The translations under genes were made by a program, and so were the position numbers. From positions 8,196,962 through 8,260,961 of the forward strand of contig NC_134034.1 in assembly GCF_964204645.1 (NCBI RefSeq): a stretch of DNA of 64,000 nt, read 5' to 3'. Shown here one piece after another: positions 13,513 to 27,160 of this stretch. The stretch is from Tubulanus polymorphus (Eukaryota > Animalia > Nemertea). The notes beneath the pieces were generated by a model. That model saw only the letters and a list, made by a program, of their open reading frames with translations, had not been told where the DNA came from and searched no databases. Within the stretch, counting starts at the first letter, position 1; every line of letters starts with the position of its first letter.

Positions 13513-15729
13513 CTGAAATAATAAGCAACGAAATGTAGCTGGTTCTCCGTGCAACCGTAACATGCACATCCAAAATAAACTTGAGGTCCATGGACCTTGA
13601 GGCTTCGTCTAGATAATCTGAAGTTCCAGTTTTGGAAAAGGAACAGGGCCCGCCTCGCCGGGCAGGCTGGATCAATGTTTTTAAACATATCAATTACATT
13701 TACAATATATATGTCACCACTTGTGCTGAAATGTAATTTAGAATTCAATACTGTCTTAATTTTAAAATATGCCTGTTTTCTGGGTTTATTTTCTCAAAGA
13801 TCCACATGAGCTTTTGAGGTTTATGTTTGTTGCTCTATCCAACCACTCCAGTTTCAAACTGCATATCAGTGAATGGTTGTCAAACTTTATTGAAAACATT
13901 TTCAAAAATATTGCAATATAAAATCTTTCAATGAAAAATAAACATTACAGTAAGTCCTAATAATAACACATTATTTGTCATTACAAACACAGTTTATAAT
14001 GTAACGATATGAAATATTTCAGCAATTTTTACTTAAGGACCTGTTTAAAACAAAAACAAGAAAGAAATTCTAAAAATGGGCTTGTACTGAAAGCTGGCTT
14101 GGTGGTTTTGTATTTCTGTAGTAGAAATAATCGAACTTTGAATTGATTACTTTTTAAAGAGCTAAGAGATCGGTGTTGTCTTACATCACTACATGAAATG
14201 TTACACACGGGGACTGGGAATCGGAATGGTTTTATTGTAGACGTGGACCGAGTTAGTGCAAGCTTTTGGATAGTTGTTATTTGAATATTGTAGTGTCTTA
14301 ACGGAATCTATCATCATGTTGATAATTGCTAGATTACTAATCGGATTGTGTTGAAATGATTTTGCATAGAAACATTTACAACTGAAAGAAAATACGTGAC
14401 TAACTCGAGTGACTTCAGATGAAGAGAAGCGAACACGAAAATAGATAGGAGCCACGATTTATCTTTTTGAAATAATAAAGACATTAAGCAAGAATAAATT
14501 GCATTTCCTTCAAATGACAATCCTCCAAAGTTTATTGCCACCATAGACTACCGCCCCCTGGCTCTTTGGAAACAGGGAACCAGTCTTCAATTCAATTCAG
14601 AATTTATTTTACAGAAAAGCGGTTTTTAAGTTTTAGATATTTAAACTGAAAAATATAAATGTTCATACAGAGATTTTTCAAATGGCCGCTAACGCAAGCA
14701 TCCAATAAAAGTAAAAGAAAATCAAAAGAATTTTTTCAAAACTTGTAAGTAAATGTTTTATTGTGAAATTTTAATTGTGTCAATAAAGAATGAATTGAAT
14801 TGTCGGCAGCACTATGCCGCGCATGAATACCAATTTCAAGACTGATCACTGAAGACTGATAAAAAATTCGATCATCATCAGCGTTCGATTTTTACTTCGT
14901 ATCTTAATAATATAATCCAGGGCCCAGTTTCACGAAAAAGTTTAAGCCCAAAACGGTTAAGTTTGAATTGTTGATCTCATTGAAAACATGAAGTAACCAA
15001 TGGCAATTACACCAAAAATTTGAGTTTAACTTTTTTCTGAAACTGGGCTCAGAGATATGAATGAAATAGAAAAATTAAACCTGGGAAAAATAGGGAGAAA
15101 AAGTTCAACAATACGGACCCAGCGAGTACCCATAAACATGGCGCCTGGAAACTGTAATAAGGCATATTTGTGCCACCAACAGAAAGTTATTCACAGAACC
15201 ATTCTACACGCAACCTCGGTTAATCTGTATCACTAGGGACTGAGCTTTTTAGTAAGTGATCCGTATATACTTATAACAGATAATTTGTTATACTTATAAC
15301 AGATAATTTGTAATTGATACGAATTAACAATTACTCGTATATGATTTAAAGGGCAAATGCCATCAAAATTGTACTTTCCGTGATTTCTTAACCAGAAGAA
15401 ACTTTAGTATACATATAACGACCCGAGATGTGACTTATTGAAATAAATTGCCCATGGGCTAAGTGTGGTTTACCTTGAAAGCTAGAGGTTGTTTGGAGTA
15501 AGGGCATTGCTTGAAAAATCTTTTTAATTCATGACTTCAAAGTTCCACAAGTTTATATTGTATTTTATCTTTCTTAAAGAATTATTTTGTAGTCAAATAA
15601 GACCAAAGATATACATTTGTTTGCGGTCCACGTCCAAAATTTTGTAGGGTACAGGTAGGCGCGGCAGGGAAACTATTTTATATTTTCAAAAAAATATGTT
15701 TAATATAATATGAAAAAATATTCAAATAA

Positions 15730-16313
15730 GGCCATCCCAAAATAATTGTCTGTTTGCCGCAACACCGACTCAACTTTTCAGGATGAGTCGGTAGGTAGGT
15801 AGAAATTTTTTCTTTGCAAAATTTTTGGGCAAAAAAAAACAAATTTTTCACCTTTGGGCTTTTTTACATGGAAACAATATCGCAAAAAATCATCTATGTT
15901 GCGCACGGGAAATTTGTCTAATAGCGTAGATTTCAAGAATTATTCTAAAATTATAACTTCGTCCAGAGCATCATCTCTGGCTTAAAAATGAAACAGTACA
16001 TTGAATATGTGCAAGCTTTTACGTTACCAGCTATTCAGTCACTATAGTCACTATTAGAATGAGTGGCAGCTTATTGGAACACTGCCAGTTTCCTGGAAAC
16101 ATAAATTAGGCCACATGTCAAGGCATGTTTTCACACCATGCACACTTGAATTCAAACATACGTAGCTCATACGCCGGCAGTGGGTCGGTCGGTCGGCCAT
16201 TTCTATCAAAAATAAAATTTATTTCAATGAATCCCAGAAAAAAGTTTTTACTCGGTACCTCTGAAGTCGGGTTGGTCGGGTTACAACAAACAGACCATTA
16301 TTTTGGGATGGCC
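15730..16313. mobile_element. PIF/Harbinger (Tourist-like) MITE; inverted fragment at about 4370-4495
   Basis: TIR GGCCATCCCAAAATAAT...ATTATTTTGGGATGGCC, TSD TAA. Confidence 0.75.
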
Positions 16314-16553
16314 TAAAATTCATATGATGTCACATATCAGAGGGTGGCTGAATATTGGGTCTTGGAAACCTCTTCCAATGTTGGCCACGGAAGCTAAAAT
16401 ACTGGTACAGAAGAAATCGGCTATTAGATTAAAAATCCTGGAATTTACCACTACAATATTCAGACCTTGACAGACCTTATAGTTTGCTGCTTAGTATTTT
16501 CAGGTCACAAGAAATTACAATCTATTACAAATTCTATCGAACAGAAAACAGCG

Positions 16554-17100
16554 CTCATCTTCTGCTACGATTATTCAGCCTATTTTCATGTCAAACGTTC
16601 ACGCGTTACAGCATCACCGTAGTGTACTGTACGAGCTTGTGTGTGTGTGTGGTGTAGCACTCCACGCGCACGTGGAGGCCTCGTGTAAGTGAATATTCGC
16701 TTTCACCTCCATGTCAATCAAAACAATCACCGGTATTAAAATGAAACAATGCCTATGGCAGAGGAGTGAAATAATTACATCCTCACCAGCAATGAGCATT
16801 TGAAATCGGCACGTATACGGCACCTAGTCCAATGAAACGTACGACATTCCATGGCTTTCCCATAATTATTATAGTAGCGCCAGAATTCCCCGTATATCCC
16901 AAAAACAGCCAATCACATTCGCTCGTAGAGACGACGCCCCCCAATCGAGGTCATTGCAATTTTAAACGCGAGAGCTAAGAATTTTACCGCCAAAAACAGT
17001 TTTTCGTAGAATTTTAACTCAGTTGACCATGTCATCGACGGAGGTTCGCCATGTCTTCAATCGCATCGATTATATGTCGTTTAAGCTGAGAACCAATGAA
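16554..17100 (+). repeat. Interspersed repeat; second copy split into 38118-38425 and 39645-39897
   Basis: Direct sequence similarity; the second copy is interrupted by about 1.2 kb. Confidence 0.65.
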
Positions 17101-18416
17101 ACAAATGCTCACATAAAAAAACGTATCGCGATTTTATATTAATTGGCTCACTGCCAACATCATATCGCTGACAAAGGTAAACCAAAAAGGAGCAAGAATT
17201 AGCCGTAAAAGTTAGCTGAATAGTCATCTATTTATCCTTCACTCTGTGCGTATAGTTCATATTCAACCCGCAGGTGGCGCTATTTATGATGTTAACTATG
17301 ACAATCAACATAAGCACGTGTGCGCGCTAGTACGTGTATGTATAATCCTATGTATAATCGATTCACTGACCTACGGCGCTATTATCATGTCATATACAAC
17401 GGTAGCAACACTATACAATGGTAAGAGTTGATTAATTCAAATCACTCCAAAACGATAAGATATCGCATGAAATGTCTAATGAAATGACTGGAAGCCGCGA
17501 GCGTTTGTCTGAGATGAAGTCACAAACACGCACCTGCTAAGATAAACAATAACAGTGAGCACGTGCTGAAATTGCCGATTTAAAAGTCACATTTTTCAGT
17601 AATGACTGAACTAAAATTCAAACCAGTTCCATATTTGATATTTGTGAATACATCACATTTGAAAATGAATTTTACACAATATTCTATTTTGATGACATAT
17701 GCTATTCAAGTGCACAATCCGTATAATAGCCGGTTTAGTTATCTCTCAAACCGTGGACTACTACTGTAGAACTACACTAAACGATCCGTTCGGAGGGGGA
17801 ATAAAAAGTTCATGGTATCCGATGGTCCATTTGACATCATTTTATACATGAAAAGAAAACACCCCCTAGCGTGATGAAACACCAATCAACTGGTTTCAGT
17901 AGAGTAGGGCTATTTGCAGCCATCTTTAGTACAGGGCATAGTACATAAAGTACATCTTTAGTACATAAACATAGGCCTATGTACTTGAGGGCGATTCATC
18001 AAAGGATTTTTGCTTATTGACAAATAATAGCATCTGTACTGAAGTCAATTGATTATCAAGTGGTTATTGAGACTATGAAATTGATGGATTAACTTCAGTG
18101 TTTTATGGAGGTTCTCCTATTTCCTACTGACCACATTTACCTCACTAGATTACAGATGTTTATACTTTTTTCACTTCAAGTGTATGTTCCAGACAGCTGA
18201 TAAGGATTACACATAAGAAATAACATATAAATTGGGAAACAAGACAATGCATTCGTCTACGGAATAAGTGAAAATACGGATTATGGAGTTCGTAATTAGA
18301 CACATAATTTTAAAGGGAATTCTGAAAAGTGGGACCAATTCATTTATACGGAATAAGCACTTATACTGTTTAACCGGAGACTGATTAACTGTATAAGGAT
18401 CAACACTGTTGATCTT

Positions 18417-19269
18417 AAACAAGAGCCCCAAGGGGCACTATGGCCAGCCTGTCAACTTTTCATAAAATGGCAAATGATGATGCATTCTGTGAGTTAAATT
18501 TGTCAAAATACACTCCCAGCTGAGAGTCAATACCTAATAATTTACACAATACAATTGTAGAATACAAAAGTAACACAGACAGCAACTGGATCTGGCAGGA
18601 ACAAATACCTCAAATAAATCTTTTCCCTTGGTCTAATTCATTTTAATGCGGAATAGAATTGAATTTTCTGAAATTTGCTCCAAAAAAAATAAATTGAATT
18701 GGATTTGATATTTTTTGCAGAATTAAATTTGATTGAATTTGTAGTTTGAGCACATGGCTAATTAGCATATCAAGGTCATCTATCTGATTTGAGAAAAAGT
18801 TTTTTTTTTCCGGACTTTGCACAATGGTCAATGATATTTTCTGTAGTGCTAATAAAAATATTCCTCCCAAAAACCAAATCTTTCACAGAAATCGATCTTG
18901 AAATACAATTTTAGATCTAAAAATAAAACCAGGAAGTAAAGCGGTAGACGATACCGCGGGTTCACGTGAACATCTGCTGCTGATCTCAGCGGCTAAGCCA
19001 ATCATAGAGGAGTCTTTGCTTTCTGATTGGCTTTTCAAAACCAATATTTTTGCGATCAGATATTCGCGAAAAAGCTCATATAAATTTCAACAAGGCCCTC
19101 TTTCAAAATTCAGCTACGTAGAGTTTGGAGAATGGATAATGCTTTAATGAATGATTTGTATGAATATATGCTCAGTTGCACAGACGAAGAGTCTTTGCTC
19201 TGGAAACCACGTCATTTAAATACGCTCCATTTGTAGAGTAATAGGCTCAGCCTACGGCTGGCCTAAAAA
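18417..19269 (+). mobile_element. HINE-like family B (second copy 62311-63187; fragments near 21410-21660, 27830-27990, 31190-31830)
   Basis: Starts AAACAAGAGCCCCAAGGGGCAC, ends in hairpin AGGCTCAGCC-TAC-GGCTGGCCT then AAAAA; near-collinear second copy. Confidence 0.7.
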
Positions 19270-19650
19270 TCGGGACCATCAATATTCATCCTATATAAGC
19301 AATTATCCGACTTTGGCCCATCAAACTTATGCAAGTTTTACTATTAGGTCAACTAATGCTCAAATAATCGCAGGTGGACAACTATATACAATCGCGGATG
19401 GTCGAACCAAGTATTCATCATAGCGTAACCAATAACCTAGGAATTATCAGTGCAAAATTTATTTCATAGATCAATGGACAAGCTGACTTCGGTATAACCT
19501 CTCCACGTCTTTGTGGGGGTGAAATCAAACTGTGATTTACCAAGTTCTTTATGATCCTTGATCCTTGAGAACCTTGAATCCCAATGTGGATGACATTTAG
19601 GTGTGCTATGATTTTAGGGCAAGCCAACATTTTGACTGGATATTTCTTAC

Positions 19651-19810
19651 CTTCGTCATCACTGTCTTCTTCTTCATTAAAATCTTCTTCATTCGGAGCT
19701 TGAAATGATGACATCTGTGACATCATATCTTCAAACCCTGTTTCTTTACTTTCGTAATCAGAGTCATCTTCATCAGCCCACTTATCAAAATCCGTTTTGA
19801 TCCAGTGATA
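19651..19810 (-). CDS. PTGES3: p23/PTGES3 exon 5 (YHWIKTDFDKWADEDDSD...NEEEDSDDE)
   Basis: atag acceptor, gtaag donor, 160 nt; W-I-K-x-D-F-x-K-W-x-D-E-D-D signature followed by the acidic tail. Confidence 0.95.
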
Positions 19811-21885
19811 CTATCATAAAAAAGTATTATGGGTATTAGGAAAGTATTATGTTATCATGATGTTTAGGCAAAAAAAACATACGGCTGTTTACGGTTTTCC
19901 GACCTTTTTTGGGCTTACTGGAATTAAAATAATGAAGAACGACTGTCTCAGCTCGTCAGGAGTTACTAGAATATATTTTACATATAAATCCGCCATCGAT
20001 ATTGTTTCCTTATATAGTTATATGCCTTCTTCAGGCGCACGTGTCAGTCCGATTGCTACTACGCGCTAATCAATAGACTGTTTGTTACACACACAATATA
20101 CACTATTATGTAGCGATGCTGTAGTGATGTAGTAGGTACATGAAAGCTGCTTACTCGCGCGCGTGTATGAATGCAGCGAAGTGGTGTTAAAAATGAAAGA
20201 AGTTTTTTTTTAATCGAATGATCATTAAAACTATCATAGCAGTGAGAAGATGAGCCTGTCTTTTCTAAATTTTGCTTCATCATAGAATTTGTAATAAAAC
20301 TTTGTTAATCAATATTTCTACATTGGGAGATGTTGGATGATTTTTGATCGGCCTATGGAATTAAGCTACATGTATCAGTTTACCATCACTTGCCCTCCCG
20401 TCCGTGGATGGCCAGGTCCTGCATGAAAATTTTCATTATTTACCTATTTTTCATTTTTATGTTCTAATACCCACAAAAATGAACATAATGCGCAAAAGCA
20501 CAAACGATATCCATAAACCACTTTTGAAAGCAATATTTAATATGTAGATTGCCTTCAAATGTTTGGAGTGAAATGTTTAAGTCTTGAAATTTACGGATTA
20601 TTATCGGAATGTAATTGCCATGTGAGCTAATCTATTTTGACAGCTGAGCTACCACTAACACCATCTATTGAACATAAATTGAAGCTGTTGCCAAATTTAC
20701 TACAAGTGCTGCCATAAATCATTGGAAATGTCTGTTATGTCGAGTCTCTGTTGAATTTTAATAGACTATATTTTTTACAGTGTCCAATTCTCTGAATCAA
20801 CAGGCAATAAATAGACCTATATTGATAAACCTATATTGAAAAGATAGATTTTTTTTTAATGTAAAACTAGAGCTAGAGGGGAGGCTTAGTAGTTCACACA
20901 CTTCTTCAGCTTCAACATTTTTAATGTAACTAAGTCATGGGTGATTTATAATTGGCACATTCAAAATTTTCGAATAAATATGACAGTTAGCACAAAATAC
21001 GCGTCTCTTGTTAGCGAAGGTTTTTTTTTAGCGTTGCTTATTTTTTTGCGACTGAAAATTATGAACAATGGAAAAACCTTGTCAACTTTTGACTTCTGAG
21101 ATGATTGTAAACTGATACATTACTTCCATTGGCCTAGCTACCCTTGATCGATGAAATGAAAAATATTTTTTTGAAAATAAAATTTTTCCCCTACCTACCT
21201 ACCTACCTACCTACCTACCCTACCAAATTTTGGACATGAACCGTAAACAAAGGTATATTTTTTTCCCCTTTTATCGATGAAAAAACATTGATGATTAAAG
21301 TTTATTTCTAATTAGTAAAAGTATCCTCCTTTGATTTTGTTGCTTGTCATTACATCCTTAACATGCCATAAATCCTTTCCACTCTGAGGTCATATGGTAA
21401 CGTAGGGAAAAACACTAGACGATACCCGCGTTCATGTTAACACCTGCTGATTAATGTAGCTAATCCAATCATAGAGGAGACTTTGCAACCTGTTTGGCTC
21501 TTTAAAACTGATATTTTTTTGTTCAGATTTTCACAAAAACCCCCTGTAAATTTTATATCAACATGGTTCATTTTAAAGGATTGGGTTCCTAGGAAATGGA
21601 GAAGGAATAAAGATTTAATGCATGATCTATATGAATATTTGCTCAGCTCAGTTGCACCGTGAAAGGAAAAATTGATTTTACATTTCTTACATAAGGAGTT
21701 ATGGAGCCCTCAAAGTGACTAGCAGATGGTATTCAGATCTGCAAGTACATACCAATTATTTACAAATCCTGTGTTACCATGATAAATTTGCGAGAAAATA
21801 CACTACAGGCTTGCTAATTAGAATTTTGTATCATAAATAGGCACTGTATCTGAACCCTACATATTTTCCAAAGTGTCATACTTAC

Positions 21886-21987
21886 TTTTTTTTCATCTTT
21901 TACTAGCCGATCCCAAAAACCTTCATCAGCTTTGTGTATCACCATTGGAATATTTCTCATTTGTTTGTGTAACTGGTACTTAGACTT
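21886..21987 (-). CDS. PTGES3: p23/PTGES3 exon 4 (KSKYQLHKQMRNIPMVIHKADEGFWDRLVKDEKK)
   Basis: tttatag acceptor, gtaagt donor, 102 nt, phase 0 to 0; W-x-R-L-x-K p23 signature. Confidence 0.93.
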
Positions 21988-22024
21988 CTATAAAAATACA
22001 AGTTGTAGATAGAACTTAGTCATA

Positions 22025-22662
22025 AAAGGTAACAAAATATGCTTAGGTATCAATATAATGTCGAAAAACTTTTTCCCACCTACGAATGAGTACCGATTAC
22101 ACCAAGATGGCCGCCAATTGCGTCATAATTGGCTGATCAAAAATACCTATCTCAGGTATAAAACATCCCGTTCCAAAGAATATCCATCAGCAATTGCAAT
22201 GAGAAATGGCAAACCAGTAGGAAGCTACAGGACTCAGAATTTGGGCCAAAATTGACATTTTTGGACACTAAAAAGGTCATAGGACGGCCATCTTGAGTCT
22301 GATAGACCCAATTTTTGTTATGCTTATGGACCCGGGGGGATTCAAATATATACAAGAGATCAAGATAATTGATCAAAGCATCTTCAAAATTTCCCTCAAA
22401 AAGTTCAAAAACGTATTAGTGCTGATTTTGGCAAACAACAATGGCTGCCAGTCGGCCATCTTGATTCTGACAGGGCCAGTTTTTGGGCTGATGATGTGTC
22501 TACGGTAGATACATGTGTAACCCAAATATCAAGACATTACATTGAAGCCTCTTCAAAACTTCCCAAAATAACTGGATTCCATCTACGGACGGACGGACGC
22601 TACGACGGATGAAAAGTGAACGCAATAGTCCGCTGGGACTAAAGTCCCAAGTGGGCTAAAAA
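22025..22662 (+). mobile_element. HINE-like family A, 5'-truncated copy
   Basis: Core, (GGAC)n and terminal hairpin. Confidence 0.7.
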
Positions 22663-23110
22663 TGCATCAAGAATTGGTGTAGGCATCGTGCTGAAAAGAA
22701 ATCCAAGATGGATGGCAACCCTGGTGGCCATACTTGAACTCAATTTTCAATAAGGGGTAGACATTTCACCAACCAAAATTCTTACACCTAGTATCCTGAA
22801 AATGCATCAAGAATTGCAGGCCGTTTCGTGCTAGAAATTAAAGATGGCTGACCTGGCGGCCATATTTGAAGGCCGATGACCTCCATATACTAAAGGCATG
22901 GACAGCTTGACCCTGATCCTCACACTAAATTTTGTGGAAATCCATCAAGAATTGCGGGCTGCATCGTGCAAACAAGAAATTCAACATGGCCACCCCAATG
23001 GCAGCCATATTTGATCACCAATGACAGTTTTTTACAATAGGGGTGGACATCTCGCCAGACCCAATCTTCAAGGTAATTTTCAAAAAGATTCATCGCAAAT
23101 TATAGGCGAT
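22662..23110 (+). repeat. Degenerate tandem repeat of about 130 bp (3 units)
   Basis: Recurring ATCAAGAATTG...CATCGTGC...AAGATGG...GGCCATA motif. Confidence 0.5.
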
Positions 23111-23368
23111 TTACTGTTTAGAATTCAATTCCAGAGGTCCAGGCTTAGGCCTATGCAATAGGAGTCAATTAAGATTCAGGTTTTTGAAAAACCAGCACAG
23201 ATGCCTCTTCAAATCACATGTAATTAAAAAATTCAGCGCTTCTTAGTTTAATGTCCCTGTTTTTATCGCCCACGTAGTCAAAATTAATGTTTACATCGAA
23301 CGTCTTCAACAGCTGATACAACCGCACCCGCGTCTGTCAATCATCTTAATTGATTCATATACTAAAAT

Positions 23369-24106
23369 CAGGGATGAGAACGCTGACCTGTAAAATCCGC
23401 GGGTTATTTTTCTTGAGTGACATACGCGAACCAGCTGACGGCGTAGCCGTCAGCACTAGCGAGCGCCGAAGGCGCGAAGCTATTTGGGGGGGGGTTTGGG
23501 GGCCCTCCCCCAAGAAAATTTTAGAAATTAAATACATTTTCCGAGCACTTAGAGCGATCTCGAACCCATGAACGACTATTATATTTTGGAAGGTAATGGC
23601 TAGTTCCAATGTGGTACATCCTCATTTGATGACATTCAGCATCTCATGCATTACGGGTCGAGCCCAGAATTATTGCAGTAAAAATGCGCCGATGAATGCT
23701 CACTAAAAATCATCACCAAGTAGTGTATAATATCCGAAAGCGTTCGCCACACACACGCAGCAACAGTAAGTAGACCTATATACGTTACTACTGTTGCTGT
23801 GCGTGCGTGTCTGCAACCGATCGATAAAATACATACAAACTCATCATAGTACAAATGTACATATAAAATCACTGTGTTGCAATGAATATGCATTGAAATG
23901 CGATACTTTTACGTGACGATAAGTAAAACAGGCACTGAACGCTTTTACGGTTCACCTGATTACCGATCGCGCCGGACCAATTGAGTGAGATCATCACCCC
24001 CCCCCCCCCATACTTTTACATCATTTTTGGACTATTTGGAAAATTGATATTTTTCAATACTGAAATCCGCGGAAAACCGAATTCTCATGGGGAATTCTCA
24101 TCTCTG
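23369..24106 (+). mobile_element. hAT-like non-autonomous element E1 (inverted partial copy at 8012-9085, itself interrupted by a MITE)
   Basis: Termini CAGGGATGAGAA...TTCTCATCTCTG; flanks TAAAAT (left) and CAGAGA (right). Confidence 0.65.
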
Positions 24107-24484
24107 CAGAGATATGGATTTTACCAAGGAATAGATCGCACTGCAAGAATTGGTCTTACTAGATAAATGGATTTTACCAAGGAATAGATCGCACTGCAAG
24201 AATTGGTCTTTCCGGAGAAATGGATTTTATCAAGAAATAGATCGCACTGCAAGAACTGGTCTTACCAGAGAAATGGATTTTACCAAGGAATAGATCGCAC
24301 TGCAAGAATTGGTCTTACCAGAGAAATGGATTTTACCAAGGAATAGATTGCACTGCAAGAATTGGTCTTTCCAGAGAAATGGATTTTACCAAGGAATAGA
24401 TCGCACTGCAAAAACTGGTCTTTCCAGAGAAATGGATCTTTACCAAGGAATAGATCGCACTGCAAGAATTGGTCTTTCCAGAGA
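24107..24484. repeat. Minisatellite, 7 x 53 bp
   Basis: Unit CAGAGAAATGGATTTTACCAAGGAATAGATCGCACTGCAAGAATTGGTCTTTC, few substitutions between units, no spacers. Confidence 0.95.
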
Positions 24485-24750
24485 CAGGGATGAGAACGCC
24501 AACCTGTAAAATCCGCGGGTTATTTTTCTTGAGTGACATACGCGAACCAGCTGACGGCTAAGCCGTCAGCACTAGCGAGCGCCGAAGGCGCGAAGCTATT
24601 TGGGGGGGGTTTGGGGGCCCTCCCCCAAGAAAATTTTAGAAATTAAATACGTTTTCCGAGCACTTAGAGCGATCTCGAACCCATGAATTGATATTTTTCA
24701 ATACTGAAATCCGCGGGAAACCGCGGATCCGCGGGGAATTCTCATCTCTG
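24485..24750 (+). mobile_element. Internally deleted copy E2 of the same hAT-like element
   Basis: First 200 bp nearly identical to E1; same termini; flanks CAGAGA (left) and TAAAAT (right). Confidence 0.7.
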
Positions 24751-26658
24751 TAAAATGCTCACTATGAAAAAACTATGCGGTGGATCAATCCGGAATTTTT
24801 CAGTAGAATGTCAGACACTAGGTACCTTTCTTTAAAGGTTCATTTGTTGTATGTCATTAACAATCAGTTATACAGTACTTTATTCATAACTTTGAAGCGA
24901 CGCGCCGGCATCGAGCGCTCAAGCAAGGTCAGTCACGTAGGCCAACGATAACACGAAACAGACCACGGTTTTGCTGGTTAAGAGCGTCTCTCCACATAAA
25001 TTAGATGGACTGTAATGGACCATTTGTTGACACTAACCTTTAATAAGCTTTGTATGGATACAATCAAGATAATTCCACCCTATAATTCCACTATTCAACG
25101 ATCGACGTGCAGCTTATACATGGCGCCGCCATTTAATACGCTAGCCACGATGTATCTCTACACACATCAAAATCACACTTGAATGACAAATGTTGACTTA
25201 TAAGAAACGATCGAAAGCTAGCAAGTTGATTGGGAAAATAGCAGCACTATAGTTGAAAAAAGTTGATAAACCACCTCCGACTTGTCTAATCATTTAAAAG
25301 CTTCGCTTCGCCTTCACATGGAACTATTTCCGCCTTATCACAGGTGCACTCTGCGCGGTGATTCGCCCATTCAACGATAAAAACTTTCCTACGGTCTTAC
25401 TATCAGCATTTTCTAATAATATAGGGAAATATTTAAAAAAAGCGAAATTTCACACTCTGCATTAATAAGATTAAAGTATTTATTCGTTTGACAAATCTTC
25501 CTCTGAACTCCCACCAACAAGTTATAAGTGGCGACACGAAAATGACGTCATCGACTCACTTCCATCTTATACCTTCTTATACCTTAATAATAATACAAGT
25601 ACTGAATTTTTTGCAACAGGAAAATAGGAAGTATGACATCATTTGGTTTGCTAAATATGGACATATAACCACGGAAATCTGCGTCTCCACATAAGGGTTT
25701 CAAATTGTTATGATTTAAAAATTCAGACCCGGGGCTTGTGGAAGTTCTGTCCATACATGTGGGCTAATCCAGGCAGGGATAGTCATTTTGTAAATTGTAG
25801 AAATTTTGAAAATAACGGAGTTCACGTAGGTTAAGTGACTAGAATTAAAGTTACTAGAAGAGTAACATGGCTCTTATGCCTTTGTGGGGCAAGAAAAATA
25901 TTGACTTCTGAGCCCTCTGTAATCGCACATACAAACCACACATTCATCAGAACATGCAATTGTAAATTGGCATCATTACTGCTCAGAACAAGCACATTAT
26001 TGACTGTTATCGACTTTAAGGATTAGGCCTAGATCATTTTGTATTGATTGTTGTATGACTGCTATTGAACGTAGCGTAGATCAATAAAGCAGCAGTGGCT
26101 CGGAGCACTCGTTAACCCTCTTGTTTCCGAAACTGGTTATACATTACTCAAACCAGAGTTCAGTACCTCAGCAAAATTAGTGGCTTCAGCGCTCATCCAA
26201 GATGACGTTTTTAGTAGTCTACACTGCTTGACATGCCTGAGAAGGAACAATGAACCTAATGCAGTCGCTAAAATTGTATGTTCTCATTCCCCAGCCAGGT
26301 CAGATAAATTAATAGTAAAAATAAAATGCTGCCAGGCCCAAAATTAATACTTTCTTTTTATGATGAAAATCAATCCTGGCCGGGCGGAGCAATATAAGTA
26401 GTATATGGAAACGATTTTACTTGTTTAAAATCAGATGCCTAATAGCGTGAGGTCTGGAATCGAACCTACAACAACACTTTAGTATCTAGCCATTGTTCCG
26501 GAACCCGTAACATCAACTGGTATTTGTACTAATCCACTCCATTGTGCATCATTTTGACAAAGATTGTGACTATTTCTGTTAACAAAGAGGGCAAACGAAC
26601 AAATAATACTTGAACTTTTGTTTCTCAAAAAATCATTTTTTTGAAGTTGTAATTCTTT

Positions 26659-27160
26659 AAATTGCCCATGGGCAGTGTGGTTTACCTTGTAAGCTAAAGG
26701 TTGTTTGGAGCAAGGGCATTGTTTATGAAAAATCTTTTTAATTCGTGACTTCGAAGTTTGGATTGTATTTTATCTTTCCCAAAGAATTATTTCAAAGTTA
26801 AATAAGGCCAAAAATATAAATTTGCTTACGGTCCACGCCCAAAATTGCATAGGGTTCAGGTAGGTAAACTATTTTATATTTTGAAAAGATATCTTTCACA
26901 ATATGAAATAAATTGCCCATGGGTAAAGTGTGGTTTACCTTGAATACAGGAGCTTGTTGGCAAGGGCATTGCTAATGAAAAATCTTTTAATTCATGACTT
27001 CAAGTTCGATTATTGTATTTCATCTTTGTCAAAGAATTAGTTTGTAGTCAAATCGAGGCCAAAAATATACATTTGTTTATGCTCCACGTCCAAAATTTTG
27101 TAGGGTACAGGTAGGCAGGAAAACTATTTCATATTTGGAAAAAAATATTTTTCACAAAAT
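26659..27160 (+). repeat. Tandem duplication of a unit of about 250 bp; third copy at about 15445-15720
   Basis: AAATTGCCCATGGG...GTGTGGTTTACCTTG repeated at 26659, 26910 and 15445. Confidence 0.75.

Noticed and set aside
24107-24484. CRISPR-like regular repeat
   Set aside because: Units are contiguous with no unique spacers, there are no cas genes and the context is eukaryotic; it is a minisatellite.
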